A stretch of 44,219 bases of DNA from Escherichia phage vB_EcoS-12210I: sequence record NC_049813.1; one strand, given 5' to 3'. The notes beneath the pieces are model-generated. The model saw only the letters and a program-made list of their open reading frames with translations. It searched no databases and was not told where the DNA came from. Position 1 is the first letter of the stretch, and each line of letters opens with the position of its first letter. Made by a program: the position numbers and the translations under genes. Shown in pieces: positions 9,025 to 18,664 of this stretch.

Positions 9025-9763
9025 AAATTACATCCTCTGGTAAATCCTTGTGGCGAACAATTCGCACAGTGCGCTCCCTCCAGTAATCGGAGTAGATATC
9101 AACGGAACTCATTTTACCATAAAGGTGATGAATGAATCTGTTATTGCCAATGTAGATTCCGGCGTGGTTTGTCACCTCACTTTGCACCTGCATCATAATC
9201 ATGGAACCAATCGGAATATCTGAAGTTTTTACCAGCTCAAATCCTTCCTTAATCCAGTTGTCATCATAGATATTTTCATTGTACCGCTTCTCCCACCACG
9301 GGTAATTAACGCGGTAGTCATTCAGTTTGACGCCGTATTTCTTATGGAATGCCATTACCAACTCCCAGCAATCAAAGCTACCAAGCCCCCACGGGCGACC
9401 AATCAGTGGCATCGTTGATGGCTCAAGAATACGCATATCTCCCTCCGGGATGCTTACAATAACATACGGAATCTCGCACTCATTGCAGCTACAGATATCC
9501 GCTGGGCTTGGTCTTGTTGTTGCTCCATCGCCCGTGTGGGAGTGAACTACGTAAACAATGGACTCATTATCCGCTAGGTTGAATGCGACACTAGCATACT
9601 CATTTGAATCAAGGAGGAATTCATTCTCTGGGTCTTTGCTGGCGTTGGTGATTCTGTGATACTTCTGAGCGCGACCCTTTTGTGTGACAACTCCGCAGCA
9701 TTCATGCGGGTAATCCTCTTTTGCGTGCTGAAAGATTTCAAGTTTAACTTTTGGTGTTAACAT
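9005..9763 (-). CDS. Tail assembly protein K-like (MPN/JAB plus NlpC/P60 domains)
   Basis: JAMM-like HSHTGDGATTRPSPAD and Cys/His peptidase residues (DCWELV...H). Confidence 0.75.
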   Translation of the reverse strand: MLTPKVKLEIFQHAKEDYPHECCGVVTQKGRAQKYHRITNASKDPENEFLLDSNEYASVAFNLADNESIVYVVHSHTGDGATTRPSPADICSCNECEIPYVIVSIPEGDMRILEPSTMPLIGRPWGLGSFDCWELVMAFHKKYGVKLNDYRVNYPWWEKRYNENIYDDNWIKEGFELVKTSDIPIGSMIMMQVQSEVTNHAGIYIGNNRFIHHLYGKMSSVDIYSDYWRERTVRIVRHKDLPEDVIYDSEAD

Positions 9764-9773
9764 TTATTTCTCC

Positions 9774-10529
9774 TTAACTCTGGTTGGCTTTAGCTTGAAG
9801 GCTTGCTGCAGCGCAGCCGCCGAAATCTAACTGATTATTCTCACCAAATCTAAGTTTGCAACTGTTAACAGTTCCTGCACAGAAGTCTAAAGACGGGTCA
9901 TCAACTGGCTTATCATCCTTATTAAAGTATCTATTTCCATCATAAGTACACCCATTACCGCTACGATACCAACCCCTAGAAGCCCAGTAGCAAACAGACT
10001 GAACAAGTCTTGCGGGGATATAAATACCATCCATATCCATCGGGCTACTTAGCTCAAATGATGCGGTTTTATAATCAACCTGCTTAGGTCGCTCAATGAA
10101 GTAAACGAATCTGCGATAGTCCCCATCAGCAATGCTTCCGTCTTCATTGATGTTGTCTCGCGTAGTAATCCAGATAGTAACCTTAGCCTTAACCAATCCG
10201 TTGTATGTGCGGATAAGTGCGCTAATGCGCTGGTCCACGTTTGATACCGTTAACGTAACCTTGTTAGCCTTGCCGTCAGAAGTCATATTGATACCCGAGA
10301 TACCGAAAGGTCTAGGTCCGTACTCTTCACCGCGGAAGGTGATGGTTTTCTCTGGTAGTGGCTCGCCATTCATCTGGGCCAGCATGATCTCTTCTGGCGT
10401 GTATGAAATATTCTCATTGTGGAAGTTGTAAACGAGACTTCCGAAGGAGGTTCCGTCAACCTGGATTAGTGTCACAATCTCGCCAGGGAAAAGGCTTTGC
10501 AACTGATTTTCAAACTTTGGACTTAGCAT
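9774..10529 (-). CDS. Minor tail protein L-like
   Basis: Synteny; ATG at 10529 with GGAG RBS (the track ORF begins at an upstream TTG). Confidence 0.65.
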   Translation of the reverse strand: MLSPKFENQLQSLFPGEIVTLIQVDGTSFGSLVYNFHNENISYTPEEIMLAQMNGEPLPEKTITFRGEEYGPRPFGISGINMTSDGKANKVTLTVSNVDQRISALIRTYNGLVKAKVTIWITTRDNINEDGSIADGDYRRFVYFIERPKQVDYKTASFELSSPMDMDGIYIPARLVQSVCYWASRGWYRSGNGCTYDGNRYFNKDDKPVDDPSLDFCAGTVNSCKLRFGENNQLDFGGCAAASLQAKANQS

Positions 10530-10542
10530 ATATTTCTCCAAT

Positions 10543-10565
10543 AAAAAAGCCCCGCATAGGGGCTT
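10543..10565 (-). terminator. Intercistronic hairpin with U-run (M-L junction)
   Basis: GCCCC-GCATA-GGGGC then T6, GGAG RBS, ATG; near-identical cassette at 22295-22318. Confidence 0.55.
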
Positions 10566-10568
10566 AGT

Positions 10569-10919
10569 TTAACGCATTGAACTAAATACTTCTACGAATT
10601 GCATGCTTACAGTCTGAACTTCCTTACTGACTGGTGTGACGCTAATACTATCCTGCTGAATAACAAACATGGATGTGTCGCCCTGCGGCGTAGTCCAGAA
10701 GAACGGGGTAATGATGTGGTTGAAGCAGAAATCCATGACATCTCGCCAGTCCTTGTTGGTATATGTCATCTGGTAGCTTCTGGTGTTGCTCCTGTATCCA
10801 CCAGTACCCCTTTGGGTGTAACCATTGCCGAAGCTAACTATTCGCACATTGTTCGTGTTAGAGAACGAGCCGCCTCCATTTTGGATTTGAGTGCACCAGG
10901 TAAATTTATCAATAGCCAT
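10569..10919 (-). CDS. Minor tail protein M-like
   Basis: 116 aa directly downstream of the tape measure gene. Confidence 0.6.
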   Translation of the reverse strand: MAIDKFTWCTQIQNGGGSFSNTNNVRIVSFGNGYTQRGTGGYRSNTRSYQMTYTNKDWRDVMDFCFNHIITPFFWTTPQGDTSMFVIQQDSISVTPVSKEVQTVSMQFVEVFSSMR

Positions 10920-10946
10920 AAAAATCCTTAGGGGCCGAAGCCCCGT
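10920..10946 (-). terminator. Intercistronic hairpin (tape measure-M junction)
   Basis: GGGGCCGAAGCCCC followed by T5. Confidence 0.5.
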
Positions 10947-10949
10947 TAA

Positions 10950-13925
10950 TTAGTTGAATCCACGAAGGTAGGCATACGCCCTACCACCCTGCTGGAAGGA
11001 CTGAGCAATCTCTTCGGCTACGATAGCCTTGACTCCGCTTTGCAGTGCCTTAGCTTGTTCTGGGTCGCTACCTACACCCGAGTTTACGTTAACAGTGATA
11101 CCACTAACATTAACATCTGCTCCACCAGAAACCAAACCACCATTTGCATAACCAGAAGGGCCACCAACAACACCGCCATTTGCGTAACCCTTCATTAGTG
11201 CGTAAAGGTTCTTAACACCAATTCTGCTAGTCGCTTCTTTTGTGAATACAAACTCACCGCGGTGCACCGTTCCTGCTGGCTGATACTTACCACCATTGCC
11301 AGTATAGCCGCCACCAGCAAAACCCAGGCCAGAAGCAATTGAACCAAAGGCGCCGCCAGTACCGCCGAAGCTACTTAAACTGGACTCAATAGCCTTGACA
11401 ATAAGAAGCTGAGTTGCAATCTTGGCAATCATTTTGAGGATGCTTGCTGTGAACTCCCTAAAATTGGTCTCACCAGTGGTTACAAGGTTTGTAATTTGCT
11501 CTGTTATCCCGTCAAATGCCGCAACGGTTAAGTCCTTAGCAATCTGGTTGTAGTCAGTGTACTTATCTGTCAAGTCAGCGAGAGTGGATATTACACCGGA
11601 TTGCCAGTCTGACCTAAGATTATCCTCTTGCTTGTAGTATTCCTTTCTTGCTTCCAGCAATTGCTGAAAATCAACATCATCAAGAGAGCCACCAGCATTG
11701 ACCTGATTGGACTGAAGAGCCTGAATCTCTTTGGCTCTTTGCAGTTCACGAGATGATAGTCCAGTACCCAAATTAATATTGCTTGCCTCATTGTTAATCT
11801 GAAGAATCTTCTTGCGGTTATCTTCAGCCAACTTATTAGCTCGCTCCTGCAAAGCAATCTGATCACCTAGCTCAGCCTTCTGTCTTGCCAGCTCAAGAAC
11901 TTTATCCTTTTCAATGAGAAGTCTTGCTTGCTCTTTGGTAATTGAGCCATCAAGTTGCCTCTGCTCAAGAATCTGGAATTTGGCAACCTCCTGAAGATAC
12001 TGCTTGCGCTCATTGCTTATTACCGCGCCGATATCCCTGTTTTCCTGAAGAACCTTGAGCTGAGCCTGGAGCGCCAACACGCCAGATTCGTAACCAATTG
12101 TAAGGTCTCTTTGCTCTTTAACCCTACCATTTTCTTCTTTCCTGCTCTTCTTGATCGCATCAAGTTCATCCTGAAGCGCCTTCTTCCTTTTTGCAAACTC
12201 CTCATCAGTACCTGATTGCTCATTGGAATTCTGATTTTCCCTGCGTGTAACGTAACCAAGTTCTCCCTCTCTGATTCTGGCATCTCTCTCCCTGATAGAC
12301 TTCTCTAGCTCAAGGTTTTGCTTCTTGGCGGCATCGATAATCTTCTGCTGACTCTTGATTACATCATCACCGACACCATCAAGGCCTGGGATATTCTGCA
12401 ATGCCTGAGTTGCACTAATTACAAACTCACCAATCAGCGCGTCACCTTGGTTAATGAAGACCTTAATCTGTTCAATTGTCCCGGCTATTACATCAACAAA
12501 CAGGTTTAGCGCCCCAACCGTTCTGCGACTAATCGCATCCCATACATCAGATATGTACTTCCTGAAGTCATTCCAGGCCAATTCAAGAGGAGTAAGCTGG
12601 GCTGCAATATCGTTAAGGTTTGCTTCCTGTGATTTGCTAAATATATCAATAGCAGCAGTTACGGCTTCAACCTCACCCCTAGTCTCTCTCAATCTTTCAA
12701 TTGTTGTTAACTGCCCCTGAGTAAGGAAGTTAAACCTCTTGTCTAAATCAGCAAGTCCTTGAATTGGGTCGCTCGCAATCTGGTTATAGTAACCAGTAAT
12801 TTCCTTTGCATCCTTACCTGTCAACTGCGCCCATCTGGCGGTAGATTTAGTAATCTTGTCAATCTGCGTCAGCGTAAGGTTCCCTTGCTCAATAAGGCTT
12901 GTTGCGATGCTAGTCACAAGTCCTCTGGTTGCACCAGTAGCATCAGAAACAGAGCTAACCAACTCTCTAACCTGCGAGATTGATGCGATTGTGGAGTTGT
13001 TTGAGAACGCAATGGCAGAATTTAATGCTCTGAATTCACTCTCTGCCTGGGCAGCACCGATACCTAGAGCAACAAGCGCGCCACCCAAAACCCCAACAGC
13101 AACATTGAATGGATTTAAGGCTGCAAGCGCGAATCTAAAGGTGTTACCAATACCTCCAAATGCATCCTTAATTTGTCCGCCTTGCTGAATTGCAATAAGC
13201 CAAATCGGAATGCCGCCAGCAAGTGATGTCCCAATATCTGTAATCTGCGCTGGCAATTGAGAGATTGCAGCCTTGTATTGGCCTGCGCTTAAGCCAGAGC
13301 GTTGAAAGGCCTTGCTCTGAGCAATTAGCTGGGTGTTTGCCTTCTGTGATGCATCGGCGATTCTGTCAATAATAGGCGCTGCCTGAGAACTTACGCCAAG
13401 CTGAGCAGCCTGTAATTTTAAGTACTCCTCACGCGTCAATGTTGCCGCTTGAGCCTGACGCTCAAGTGATGCAATGAATCTATCCGCTTCAGCCTTTGCC
13501 TTTGCCTTATCCTTTGCAGCTTGCGCTGCCGCTCTACCCTCTTCAGTTAGTGCCGCACGTGAACGAGCAAGTTTTGCGTTCTGCGTTTCAAGCGCCTCAC
13601 CTAAGCGGAAAAACTCCTCATCAGGAACTACGCCAGCCGCGAATGCCTTATCAAGACCTACCGCTGCCTCTTGCAGCTTACGGAACTTTGCCGCAGTTGG
13701 GTCAATAGCCGTTTGCAATTTAGCCAAAGATGCTTGCTGTTCAGCAAGTGCGCGAGCCGTGTCTCTAGCCTGGTTTTTAGCAACCTGCTCAGCGTTGACG
13801 AACTCACTAATACCGGAAGCAGCCTGCTGGTTTGCCTGCCTGAACTTTTGTAGGGACTGCGTACCCCTGTCTACTTGCGATACGTCTACGGCTAGTGTGA
13901 TTCCGGCTAATTCATTTGTTGCCAT
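10950..13925 (-). CDS. Tail tape measure protein, 991 aa
   Basis: Long Ala/Gln/Glu-rich helical protein with Gly-rich C-terminus, downstream of G/GT. Confidence 0.8.
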   Translation of the reverse strand: MATNELAGITLAVDVSQVDRGTQSLQKFRQANQQAASGISEFVNAEQVAKNQARDTARALAEQQASLAKLQTAIDPTAAKFRKLQEAAVGLDKAFAAGVVPDEEFFRLGEALETQNAKLARSRAALTEEGRAAAQAAKDKAKAKAEADRFIASLERQAQAATLTREEYLKLQAAQLGVSSQAAPIIDRIADASQKANTQLIAQSKAFQRSGLSAGQYKAAISQLPAQITDIGTSLAGGIPIWLIAIQQGGQIKDAFGGIGNTFRFALAALNPFNVAVGVLGGALVALGIGAAQAESEFRALNSAIAFSNNSTIASISQVRELVSSVSDATGATRGLVTSIATSLIEQGNLTLTQIDKITKSTARWAQLTGKDAKEITGYYNQIASDPIQGLADLDKRFNFLTQGQLTTIERLRETRGEVEAVTAAIDIFSKSQEANLNDIAAQLTPLELAWNDFRKYISDVWDAISRRTVGALNLFVDVIAGTIEQIKVFINQGDALIGEFVISATQALQNIPGLDGVGDDVIKSQQKIIDAAKKQNLELEKSIRERDARIREGELGYVTRRENQNSNEQSGTDEEFAKRKKALQDELDAIKKSRKEENGRVKEQRDLTIGYESGVLALQAQLKVLQENRDIGAVISNERKQYLQEVAKFQILEQRQLDGSITKEQARLLIEKDKVLELARQKAELGDQIALQERANKLAEDNRKKILQINNEASNINLGTGLSSRELQRAKEIQALQSNQVNAGGSLDDVDFQQLLEARKEYYKQEDNLRSDWQSGVISTLADLTDKYTDYNQIAKDLTVAAFDGITEQITNLVTTGETNFREFTASILKMIAKIATQLLIVKAIESSLSSFGGTGGAFGSIASGLGFAGGGYTGNGGKYQPAGTVHRGEFVFTKEATSRIGVKNLYALMKGYANGGVVGGPSGYANGGLVSGGADVNVSGITVNVNSGVGSDPEQAKALQSGVKAIVAEEIAQSFQQGGRAYAYLRGFN

Positions 13926-13940
13926 CTAAGCCTCCATAAT

Positions 13941-13970
13941 AGAAAACCCGCCGAAGCGGGTTATTTTTTT
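13941..13970. terminator. Hairpin with runs on both sides (GT-tape measure junction)
   Basis: ACCCGC-CGAA-GCGGGT; T7 on plus side. Confidence 0.5.
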
Positions 13971-14595
13971 CTCAGGTTGTCCATCATCTCAAGAGCTTTA
14001 GCTTCAAGGATGCGTAAATCACTGAGCACCAATTCTTCTTCAGAAACATTATACACTCTAAAGAGGAAATTTAGCACGTTGTAATCAAGACCTGTTACTC
14101 CATTAGCTCCGACTCGCCACTGTGTAGCCATTGAACAATAAATGTCCCACGCCTTCATCATGTTATCGTCGAAGTGCAAAACTTCAGGCTCTTCGTCTTC
14201 GTAATCAGAGCGGCGCATCCCAATAGCTTCCAGTTCGGCATCAGTTGGTTCTGACTGGTACTGTAGATACACCGCTCGTTTTAGTTTTTTACACGCTGAC
14301 CAGCCAGTGCTTGCATATAGGCGGTAGTTAGCGCAACGGTTGAAGCAGGGAATAGGTCACAGAACTCATTAACGTTATCCTCGTTGTATTCCTCTTCCAA
14401 GTCCCAGTCAGAGGCAATTGCCATAATAAGCTCTTTGGTGCTCAAGTCTTCCTTTCTAAGTAATTCCTGCAACTCAGATGTTTTCTTATGTTTGACTGTA
14501 AAGATAACCTCTACATCCTGGTCGTTAGCCAGCTTAAATTTTACAGGCAACTTAAAGTCAGGGAGTGCTGCCAGTGAAAGTTTGAACTTTGCCAT
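13961..14595 (-). CDS. Tail assembly chaperone GT fusion made by -1 programmed frameshift
   Basis: Slippery heptamer AAAAAAC at 14284-14290 abuts the G stop; the -1 frame is open into the downstream ORF. Confidence 0.65.
14281..14595 (-). CDS. Tail assembly chaperone G-like, 104 aa
   Basis: Acidic small protein between major tail protein and tape measure. Confidence 0.7.
   Translation of the reverse strand: MAKFKLSLAALPDFKLPVKFKLANDQDVEVIFTVKHKKTSELQELLRKEDLSTKELIMAIASDWDLEEEYNEDNVNEFCDLFPASTVALTTAYMQALAGQRVKN
14284..14290 (-). other. -1 frameshift slippery site A_AAA_AAC
   Basis: X_XXY_YYZ heptamer in the G frame, 0 nt before the TAA stop. Confidence 0.65.
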
Positions 14596-14633
14596 TTTGT
14601 TAATCCTCTTATTGTTTGTGAGTGTGTATTCTA

Positions 14634-14882
14634 TTACTTAGTGTTTTCTTTTGCAATCTTAGCAGCGGTATCCTTGCAAATCTCGCTACCATATTTCATG
14701 ATTTGGTCAACTTTACCACCTACCAAACCCTTGCAAACTCGCTCGGCCTTAGCAAACTCAAAGTTATATTCGCTTGCCTTTGCATTGGCATAAGTCTCGC
14801 CAGTTGGGTTAACAATCTTAACTACCGCATAAAAAGCAACCAGAACCGCAGTAAGTTTGATGATGTTTTTAACGTTATTCAT
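14634..14882 (-). CDS. Moron-like secreted or membrane-anchored small protein, 82 aa
   Basis: N-terminal hydrophobic signal/anchor; own promoter-like module upstream and terminator-flanked; lies inside the tail gene cluster. Confidence 0.5.
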   Translation of the reverse strand: MNNVKNIIKLTAVLVAFYAVVKIVNPTGETYANAKASEYNFEFAKAERVCKGLVGGKVDQIMKYGSEICKDTAAKIAKENTK

Positions 14883-14915
14883 TTAATTAATCTCTCATTT
14901 CGTTTCGATGAGTTA

Positions 14916-14961
14916 ACTATACAGGAAGATTGGATTAACTCTTTAGCAAAAAGTGCCATGC
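14916..14961 (-). promoter_or_regulatory. Promoter-like module copy d (variant element) with TATAGT hexamer
   Basis: Element 14942-14961, hexamer 14916-14921, start region CATCGAAACGA downstream. Confidence 0.5.
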
Positions 14962-14964
14962 AAT

Positions 14965-14986
14965 AAAAAACCCTCCGAAGAGGGTT
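14965..14986 (-). terminator. Rho-independent terminator after the major tail protein gene
   Basis: CCCTC-CGAAG-AGGG followed by T6. Confidence 0.65.
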
Positions 14987-14992
14987 TGTGTT

Positions 14993-15649
14993 TTAAACTT
15001 TAGCTGCCACGGAGGACAGTCGACCACGAATGGATACCGCCATGGATACCGTTTCGATTTCGTTGACACCAATGGCAGGGATGTCATTGAAAGAGATAGT
15101 GCCGGACTGCAAGCGCATTTCCTGAGCGCGAGGTACGAACAGACGAATCGCAACAACCTGGCCAGACTCATCGTATTTACGCAGAACCGGATAGACCGGG
15201 TTGGTGTACTCGTGAGCAAAGGTGAAGGTGTTTGTTACCGCAGATTTATAAGTCGGAATCTGCTGTTCGCGTTCGTCAGAAAGGCACTGGAAGTTAACAA
15301 ACTGCTGTTCGCCGCCGTCAGTAGATACGTCCTGAACACACGGGACTTCGATCCATGAATTAATCTTAACAACCTCACCAGTTAAGCCAGCAGGGAACTT
15401 AGTGGCGTCGGAGGTATCAATACCTTCAACTGTTACCGAAGTGCCAGAAACTTCAGTTACTCGCACCTGTTTGTCGCTAAGTAGGGTTGAGCTGGAGGCG
15501 GTAAACAGAAGGTAGTCACCCTTAGCCAGGCCAGATGCGCTAGATACGGTTAAAACTGGTTTAGTTGCGTTAGAGATTTTAGTTACGTTAATTGGAGTTC
15601 CGCGAGTTCCTTCTACGAAGACCTGCGTGCCATTTGATAAATGAGCCAT
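14993..15649 (-). CDS. Major tail protein
   Basis: 218 aa immediately upstream of G/GT. Confidence 0.7.
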   Translation of the reverse strand: MAHLSNGTQVFVEGTRGTPINVTKISNATKPVLTVSSASGLAKGDYLLFTASSSTLLSDKQVRVTEVSGTSVTVEGIDTSDATKFPAGLTGEVVKINSWIEVPCVQDVSTDGGEQQFVNFQCLSDEREQQIPTYKSAVTNTFTFAHEYTNPVYPVLRKYDESGQVVAIRLFVPRAQEMRLQSGTISFNDIPAIGVNEIETVSMAVSIRGRLSSVAAKV

Positions 15650-15664
15650 GTATTTTTCCTTTTG

Positions 15665-16066
15665 TTAGTCTAGACGAACATAAAAATGAACCGGGATAAA
15701 CCACCCAGACTTGGATTTGATAACCGGGTTAACAACTCCAGACTCGTAAATGGTCCCGGTGTCAAGCATTGTACCATCAACGATAGATTCTGCCAATTGA
15801 TTAGCGATTTGTCTAGGCTTATCAATGCCAGTACCTGGACTGAAGAAGACAGAAACCTGCACCATCCCTACATAGTATTTGCACTTCCTGCTCAGCCCGT
15901 ATGTTACGGTGTCAACCTCGATGTAGTCATACTTTAGCCAGATAGAACCATCTGCTGGAGGAGTGAAAGCAACGTTTTCCCAAGATACTGGATATCTGAC
16001 TGGGAAGTTTTTCACCAGCAAATCATTAACATATTTCCTGGCAGCTATAGACAATTCATAGTGCAC
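15665..16066 (-). CDS. Putative tail terminator protein
   Basis: Position upstream of major tail protein (lambda U-like slot). Confidence 0.4.
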   Translation of the reverse strand: MHYELSIAARKYVNDLLVKNFPVRYPVSWENVAFTPPADGSIWLKYDYIEVDTVTYGLSRKCKYYVGMVQVSVFFSPGTGIDKPRQIANQLAESIVDGTMLDTGTIYESGVVNPVIKSKSGWFIPVHFYVRLD

Positions 16067-16505
16067 GTTTAGCCTCCTCTACTGCTTCCTGGAAGTATCG
16101 ACCAAGCCGCATCTGAACAATCCTAATAATGCCGTTTGGCGCCTGACCCGAACCGCCATACTCAAGGTGAATTGAGTAATCAAGCCTGTTTGTTATGTAA
16201 ATGACCTTTGTTCCCTTTGCTCTGGCTACCGCCCTTGCTTGTCTTGCGAGTGCTCTTTTGGTCTCTGTTCCAAGTTTATCATAGTCAATTACTGACTGCT
16301 GAGCCGGGGAGTTTGCTGTTATTTGCCAGTTGGCTTTAAATCTACCGGTGTCAACTGGTGACTGATCTACCAGGCCATTAGCTGTCTTGATAATGGTTCC
16401 TGCAACAACCTCATCAACTCCAGATTCAACCTTATCTATCCATTCAGAAATGGAGCGGGTAAATTCAATAACCCCGCCATTGGCCTTCGGTATAAAACTA
16501 GCCAT
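16056..16505 (-). CDS. Putative tail completion / neck protein
   Basis: ATG at 16505 overlapping the upstream stop; the track's longer N-terminus overlaps the previous gene. Confidence 0.4.
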   Translation of the reverse strand: MASFIPKANGGVIEFTRSISEWIDKVESGVDEVVAGTIIKTANGLVDQSPVDTGRFKANWQITANSPAQQSVIDYDKLGTETKRALARQARAVARAKGTKVIYITNRLDYSIHLEYGGSGQAPNGIIRIVQMRLGRYFQEAVEEAKRAL

Positions 16506-16869
16506 AAGTAGCCACCCTACGAAGAATTGGCCTGTAGCCAACAACTGTACCAGTTGGTTTAACAGGTCTCGGGTCAACAACAACAAAAGTGTCGCCATTG
16601 ACTTTAATCTGATAACCCTGCTTAATTTCAACCTGCGCCGTGAATATTCCGCGCTTATCGCCAAACTGGATAAACTCACCATCTATATCGCGCGTCTTGA
16701 TTTCTCGCACCAAGCCTTTTAGCTGAAATGTTTGCGAAGGAACTTCAACTTCAACGCCGTTAGCAATTTCAACATATCCATCACCAGTACTCATTTCATA
16801 AACGCCATTGGCATCACTAAAGAAGTTAATGCCAGAGCGAGTGATTGATTCAATTTCACTGTAGTTCAT
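16498..16869 (-). CDS. Putative head-tail adaptor / head closure protein
   Basis: Synteny; ATGA overlap with upstream gene. Confidence 0.4.
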   Translation of the reverse strand: MNYSEIESITRSGINFFSDANGVYEMSTGDGYVEIANGVEVEVPSQTFQLKGLVREIKTRDIDGEFIQFGDKRGIFTAQVEIKQGYQIKVNGDTFVVVDPRPVKPTGTVVGYRPILRRVATYG

Positions 16870-17282
16870 CGGCAACCACACCCACCGCCACCAGCGGAAG
16901 TAATTAAACCGAAGCCGCCGCCTTTCTTGCGGAGCAGTGCTTTGTACATACGGCCGAATTGAGAAGATGATAAGTCGCCAGATGCTGCTGATTGGGTATC
17001 ATAAGTGATAGAGAATTCACCGCTCAGTGCATAACTTGCCATCCTACGGCTGTATGTTTCCAGCCCTTCATTCTCACCCTTAAACGCGCCATCAGCAATC
17101 ATCAGGTGTAGCGCGTAAAGTCCTACTGCCTTATCTTTGTCTGCTCCAAATTTACTTTCGCATACGTATAGGCGTGCCAAATCAATCCATACATTAATTG
17201 ATTCGTCATCCACCGCTTTGAGCGCCGGAACAAGCGAGCGCATAAACGCCAAAATTGCATCATTCATATTAGCTCCATACAA
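16866..17282 (-). CDS. Putative head-tail connector protein
   Basis: Synteny between capsid and tail genes. Confidence 0.4.
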   Translation of the reverse strand: MYGANMNDAILAFMRSLVPALKAVDDESINVWIDLARLYVCESKFGADKDKAVGLYALHLMIADGAFKGENEGLETYSRRMASYALSGEFSITYDTQSAASGDLSSSQFGRMYKALLRKKGGGFGLITSAGGGGCGCR

Positions 17283-17308
17283 TAAAGGACGCCGAAGCGC
17301 CCTGTTTG

Positions 17309-17554
17309 TTATTTGTACTCGTTGCCAGTCTCAGCTTCGGAGATAGTTTTCGGTTCTTTGCGCTTTTTCTTGCTAACAATTTCTTGCGCGATTTGCTTGG
17401 TTGCTTTAGCGTCACCTTCAATAGTGAGTTTACCCTCTGCGATTAAACGCTTGAGTCCGTCGCAAATTACATCAACCTCAAAAGTGTCACCAGGCAAATA
17501 TTTCTCACCCTTGTAAACGATAAGGCAAGCGCCAGTGTGTTCTAAACGAATCAT
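17309..17554 (-). CDS. Hypothetical protein, 81 aa
   Basis: ORF downstream of the major capsid gene. Confidence 0.4.
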   Translation of the reverse strand: MIRLEHTGACLIVYKGEKYLPGDTFEVDVICDGLKRLIAEGKLTIEGDAKATKQIAQEIVSKKKRKEPKTISEAETGNEYK

Positions 17555-17618
17555 TTTTGTCTCCTTTGTTTATCTGATTGAGTGATTATAACCCAACAAA
17601 TCCATTTGGTACAGACGT

Positions 17619-17641
17619 AAAAAAAGCCCTCCGAAGAGGGC
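17619..17641 (-). terminator. Rho-independent terminator after the major capsid gene
   Basis: GCCCTC-CGAAG-AGGGC followed by T7. Confidence 0.7.
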
Positions 17642-17647
17642 CATTTA

Positions 17648-18592
17648 TTAGATTAAGGTAATACCTTTGATTACGGCCATCGTCAGAGGGCGATAAACGA
17701 TCAAACCTGTAGCTTTTGATGTTACAGGGTACTTAAAGTGCAAGTCCTTAGGTTGTCCTGGAAGAACGTTGGTAGCTTCCGGAATCTCGATAGACATATT
17801 GAGTGGACTCTTCTCAAACGCCAGAGCAGCCTTACCATTCGCACCATCGTAGTTGTCCAGGAACTGCAAGAAACGAATGGTCAAACCTGGGTTGTTACGA
17901 GTGAACAGTTCACCGTAGCTCAAATTTGTCTGCGGAACCAGTTGCTGCATAATTCGACGAGCAGAGGCCGGAAGCAGAATGTCAGTCACATGATGGAGGC
18001 CCTGTGTTGAAGTCTCAACTGCGTCAATCATCTCGGTGATATCACCGATTGCGTTGTCCGGAATATTCCAACTTGGAGTTGCAACAACGTTGTTGATGTT
18101 CGGCTGGTCGAATACGCTCACGATGCCGTGCGGGGCGGAACCAGACCACACCAGTTTATCCAGCAGGTTGTCGTGCGCTTCGAAAGCCAGGGCTTGCTTG
18201 CGAGTTGACAGGGACTGACCAGTTGCGGCGCCAGCTTTAATTTCATCAATAGAAATCAGGAATGCGTTACCGAAACGGAACACTTTGCCTTGTTTCTCGT
18301 TCATAAACGCATCAACCAGCGGCAAGTCGTCAGAGTAATCAGCGATAATCTGAGCAATGCCAGCACCATCAAATTCTGGGTACTCGAAATACTTCGCGTG
18401 ACCAGGAATTTCATTTGTTACAGGGAAGATATTAACAACTGAGTTTTCTGCGTATTCTTTTTCGTAAGCACGGTTCAGAGCAGCGGTAAGCTGGCTAACA
18501 GTCCAGATACCAGCGGCATCAGCTTTTTCTACGCCCATTTGCTCGAGGTGAGCGGTGATTTTTGCTTGTTCTGCATCAAATTTAATGGCCAT
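17648..18592 (-). CDS. Major capsid protein
   Basis: 314 aa between scaffold and connector genes; terminator immediately downstream. Confidence 0.75.
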   Translation of the reverse strand: MAIKFDAEQAKITAHLEQMGVEKADAAGIWTVSQLTAALNRAYEKEYAENSVVNIFPVTNEIPGHAKYFEYPEFDGAGIAQIIADYSDDLPLVDAFMNEKQGKVFRFGNAFLISIDEIKAGAATGQSLSTRKQALAFEAHDNLLDKLVWSGSAPHGIVSVFDQPNINNVVATPSWNIPDNAIGDITEMIDAVETSTQGLHHVTDILLPASARRIMQQLVPQTNLSYGELFTRNNPGLTIRFLQFLDNYDGANGKAALAFEKSPLNMSIEIPEATNVLPGQPKDLHFKYPVTSKATGLIVYRPLTMAVIKGITLI

Positions 18593-18664
18593 TCTTTATT
18601 GTTCCTTTTCAGTTATGTGTTTACGGATTCATTATACACGAGTTTTTAGCCCACGCAATGACAT

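Noticed and set aside
13474-13929. Plus-strand ORFs of 70-151 aa inside the tape measure gene (and similar ones inside J, for example 5804-6025, 6891-7124, 7240-7551)
   Set aside because: Antisense to long, well-supported structural genes; no RBS; composition mirrors the coding strand.
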